DNA of 64,000 nt from Azolla caroliniana (Eukaryota > Plantae > Polypodiophyta), in assembly GCA_043228905.1 (NCBI GenBank), contig JBHGNT010000009.1, positions 11,780,001 to 11,844,000 of the forward strand. The letters run 5' to 3'. A model generated the notes under the pieces. The model did no database searches. It was not told where the DNA came from and was given only the letters and a program-made list of their open reading frames with translations. This document shows, one piece after another, positions 60,569 to 64,000 of the stretch. A program made the position numbers and the translations under genes. Numbering within the stretch: the stretch's first letter is position 1; each line of letters starts with the position of its first letter.

Positions 60569-63210
60569 GCCCATGAGACAATTGGTTTACAACAAAATGA
60601 GTATTTATCTAGTCATCATAACTAAAATAAAATAATGTAAACATAGAACTTAAGCTAAAAGAGTTCTAGTAATGTACAATACGAGGTATACTCGATAAAG
60701 GAAGTGACTTTACACTAATCCTAATTTTATCTCCACCCAAGCCTCTCGAAAAGAAATGGGGGCTCAAAGGGTTTTGATGTGGGTGTGACCCATGGTTCCA
60801 ATGTAGAGAGTGCCCTAGCCATAGATTGTAGGCGGTGAGGCTCATGTTCCCTTATTTTCATTATTGCTTCCACACCACGTCGAGTTGCTTTGAAACCCGG
60901 TACCCGAGGACGTTTGGTTCTTCTTTGGTTTTCTATCTCATCAAGGGAAAGGCCGAGTGGTGCAAGTGTGTCGACATTCGTTGTCTCCCCATGTTCCTGA
61001 AAAACTTCATTTGTTACATGTTGGTGAACATTAGCAACATTATTGTCATCATTTTGTAACTTATTCTCTCTGTGTTGTTTTAGTTCTAGAATGTATTTGC
61101 CTAATTTCTTTATATCTAGAGTATCTAATAGTTTGGGGAGGGTGGGGGAGGAACCAAGTATGTCTTGGTATTTTGCCCTTATCACGACGTAGGTTGGGCA
61201 CTTGCATGTAAAGTGATACTCATCCTCTATCTCTATGTGACATAACCTACATATCCTTTCCTCCCTAGGGACTCCATTAGTACGGCCATTCTCAATCTCA
61301 AGTTGGTGAGATGATATTCTAAGTTGTCCAATGGCAACCCTTAGTGCATGTGGTAAGAATACATCTAGATATTTTGGCTGCATGATAAAACCTAACTTAG
61401 AGAAGTGCATGAAGTGTTCATTTTAGTACAACATTTTAGATGGGAGTGGCTCTCGTGGGGTGATGCATTTATATTGAGTGTAAATTTTCCATATGTCTTG
61501 GCGTATTACTTTATTGCGGTCCTCATGAGAGATTAAAGTGTTATGTATCGTGTCGTTGTACCTAAGGGGAGGTAGGCTATTAATGTCTAGACCATTTGCA
61601 AGAAGCCAACTCACCATCATGCCATACCTTGAGCTAGTATAGCCGGACTCATACAATGATCGAGAGGCCTTAAAGTCTTGATGAGATATTCTATCATGTG
61701 GTTGGCTATGTATCCTATGAATAAAGACTACAAGTTGGAAAAGTGCCTCTACTAACATTGGGGGTAACGTGAACTCAACCCTAATAATGTCATGTGGTAC
61801 TGTCGATTTGCGTCGGATTTGGCGTGATAACATCATCACCAATGGTCTCTCTAATTGCGTCCACATGAAAGATGGTAATCCTAGAGCCCAAACCGCTGAT
61901 GCATACATGAGGGAGGGGGTCATTAATGAGTCAAAGAGCCACCCTTTAGTCTGTGGCTCTTGAAAGTATGCTTGGTGGCATTGTCTCTCTAGGAGTGAGA
62001 GGGATGCATGTCCTCTTGTAAGTCTATCCTTTGTTGCCTATGTCATCGAAAATTTACCTGAGCGAGCACTGAAAGTGGCTCCGAGATAGATGTATGATCC
62101 AACGGGCCGATGTGTGGAAGATAAGGACTTTAGTTTTCCCTAGACTCACTACCGATGTCATCTAAGGCATTAAGGTGCCTTTGTAGGTCGTGTTCGGATT
62201 CAGAGAGCAAAACTATGTCATCCGCATAGAGCAAGATACGAACCTGTGTATCCCCAAGGACTACTCCGTTGCCTCCCTTACGAGCAATAAAATCTGTGAT
62301 CTCATCAATGTAGATCCCAAAAAGTGTCGGTGATAGGGGGCAACCTTGCTTTACACCAATAGTGCTAGTGAAACAATTGGATAGGCCACCTGGGCATCGG
62401 ACACACCCGAACACTTGTTCATATAATGCGTAGATGGCCCAGACCATGTCATCTGGTATCCTCAAGCTTTTAAGCCTATCAAATGACCGCTCTCTAGGGA
62501 CTGTGTCAAAGGCCTTGCGAAAGTCCACAAAACAACAATATAGTTTCTTCTTGCAAGCCTTAGTTTGGTCAATTAAGCATGTAAGTGTGAAGATATGATC
62601 AATGGTGGAGAAGGCTCGTCTAAAGATAGATTGTTCAGGTGCACGAAGATTTAGGGTCTCCATATAATTGCTAAGCTCTGCTTCCATTACTGCACCATAT
62701 AATTTAGCAAGGGTATGACCTATCATAATGGTCCTATAGGTATTTGGGTCCATGGGGTCCCCCCCTTTATGTATGGGGGCCACTGTGTTCTTAGTCCATT
62801 GTGGTGGAAAACCCTCCGCAAGGGCACGATTGAAGATTAGAGTTAGCAAGGGAGCTAGGCACTCTCTCGCATATATAATGTGTTCTGCTCGCAATCCTGT
62901 GTGGTCCATGGACTTCCTATGTTGTAATTTCTTTATGACCTTCGCGACCCTAGGGGTCGTGAAAAGTGTTCCCGTGGTAGATCGGGGTGTGGAAGGCATT
63001 GGAATGGGTGGTTGGTTTGGCATTTGGTAAAGTCTCTCTGTATATGTGTGCCAGGTTTCGGGATCTTCGATGGGTATTTGTGGTCTTGGTTCCCGTAGTC
63101 TCATCCATGGCGTGGCGCAATCGCTACTCATGAGCATATGGTAGAGTTCCCAATATTGGGATGCCTCCCACACCCGTCTCTTACGATGTGTCATCTTGTG
63201 CATTTCTTTG
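60569..63210 (-). mobile_element. Non-LTR retrotransposon (LINE) ORF2 3' part, RTE/RTEX-like, decayed
   Basis: FVDFRKAFD, GVKQGCPLSPTLF, LLYADD in 62130-63210; C-terminal LRISSHQLEIE...RICRLC...EDEYHFTCKCPTY in 60727-61410. Confidence 0.9.
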
Positions 63211-64000
63211 TGTTGAGAGGCAAGCTCAACCGGATCCGGATCGGCTGAATAAGCTTGAGCCGGATCGGTGAGCCGGTGAGGTGGGGAGCCAGTTAGCCGG
63301 ATCAAGCAGTAACCGGAAGCCTAGTAGCAGCCTAAACTACTAGGTAGTTAATGTCTCGTAGTTAGTGTTAGACGCTTGTATGAGCATTGAAGTACATTAT
63401 ACTTCTGCCAGTCCTCTTAGGACTTGCATAAATAGTGTTGTTGAGCACGTTGTATGTATAGAGAATTTTACAAATTCTGCCGTGCTCTCCCCGCACAAGG
63501 AACCGAGGAGATGGTTCACACGCAAAGAGAAGGGGAAGAAGAAGATGCCGGAATATGAAACCGGCAATGTTGAGTCGGATCGGAGAAAATCCAACTCCAG
63601 AATGGATGAATGCGGATCTTCGGCAACAAAGACCGAACCGGCCAATAAGGGCCTCAAAACGGGTAACGATAAGTTACACCGGTCTTCCCGCCAGAAGAAC
63701 CTCGTGAAGCAGTACGGGTATAATGAGTACCTGGTGCATCATTATGCGTACATGACCAAGGTGGCGGAAGTGCGTGAGTTGGAGAGCTACGCAGAAGCGG
63801 CAAAGGATGCAAATTGGCATGCCGCTATGGAGGAAGAAATGCGTGCACTTGATGCCAACGACACATGGGACCTAGTTGACCCTCCCCGACACTGTAAACC
63901 AATCGGATGTAAGTGGGTGTACAAGGTGAAGTACAATGTCGATGGTTCAGTTAACCGGTACAAGGCCTGGTTAGTGGTGAAAGGATATGCGCGGACCCAC
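63211..64000 (+). mobile_element. Copia element M (family of G/L): truncated LTR 63211 to about 63475 fused to the INT-RT linker and RT start
   Basis: TGTTGAGAGGCAAGCTCAAC matches the G/L LTR start; then KEKGKKKMPEY...WHAAMEEEMRAL...YKVKYN. Confidence 0.85.

Noticed and set aside
62130-63305. 391-aa ORF as a single protein
   Set aside because: Its first ~32 codons come from the antisense Copia M LTR; the LINE part begins at 63210

Overview
The whole 64 kb window is one deep nest of plant retrotransposons. I found no host gene and no intact tRNA or rRNA gene. The mix of elements (Tcn1-like chromoviruses, tRNA-Trp-primed non-chromovirus Gypsy, iMet-primed Copia, an RTE/RTEX-like LINE) suggests a bryophyte-type genome, which is inference. 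Element letters are my own labels. An old minus-strand Copia (F) hosts Copia B, which carries Copia A, solo LTR C, gag-only element D and chromovirus T. F also hosts Copia H, which carries Copia G and Copia A2. A2 carries an LTR-like insert, a LINE and chromovirus K. K carries Copia I (with Gypsy J and solo LTR C2) and Gypsy E (with Copia L). Most ORFs are decayed. The main unexplained signal is that several dissimilar Gypsy-type LTRs each carry tRNA-like A-box/B-box cassettes at tRNA spacing (44-46 nt), mostly antisense in U3, while the Copia LTRs here do not. Other observations: Tf1-type self-priming PBS in the chromoviruses, 4-bp CpG-centred target duplications in one Gypsy lineage, a Copia LTR segment captured inside a Gypsy LTR, heat-shock elements in chromovirus LTRs, and candidate -1 frameshift signals. 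All coordinates and comparisons were made by eye.
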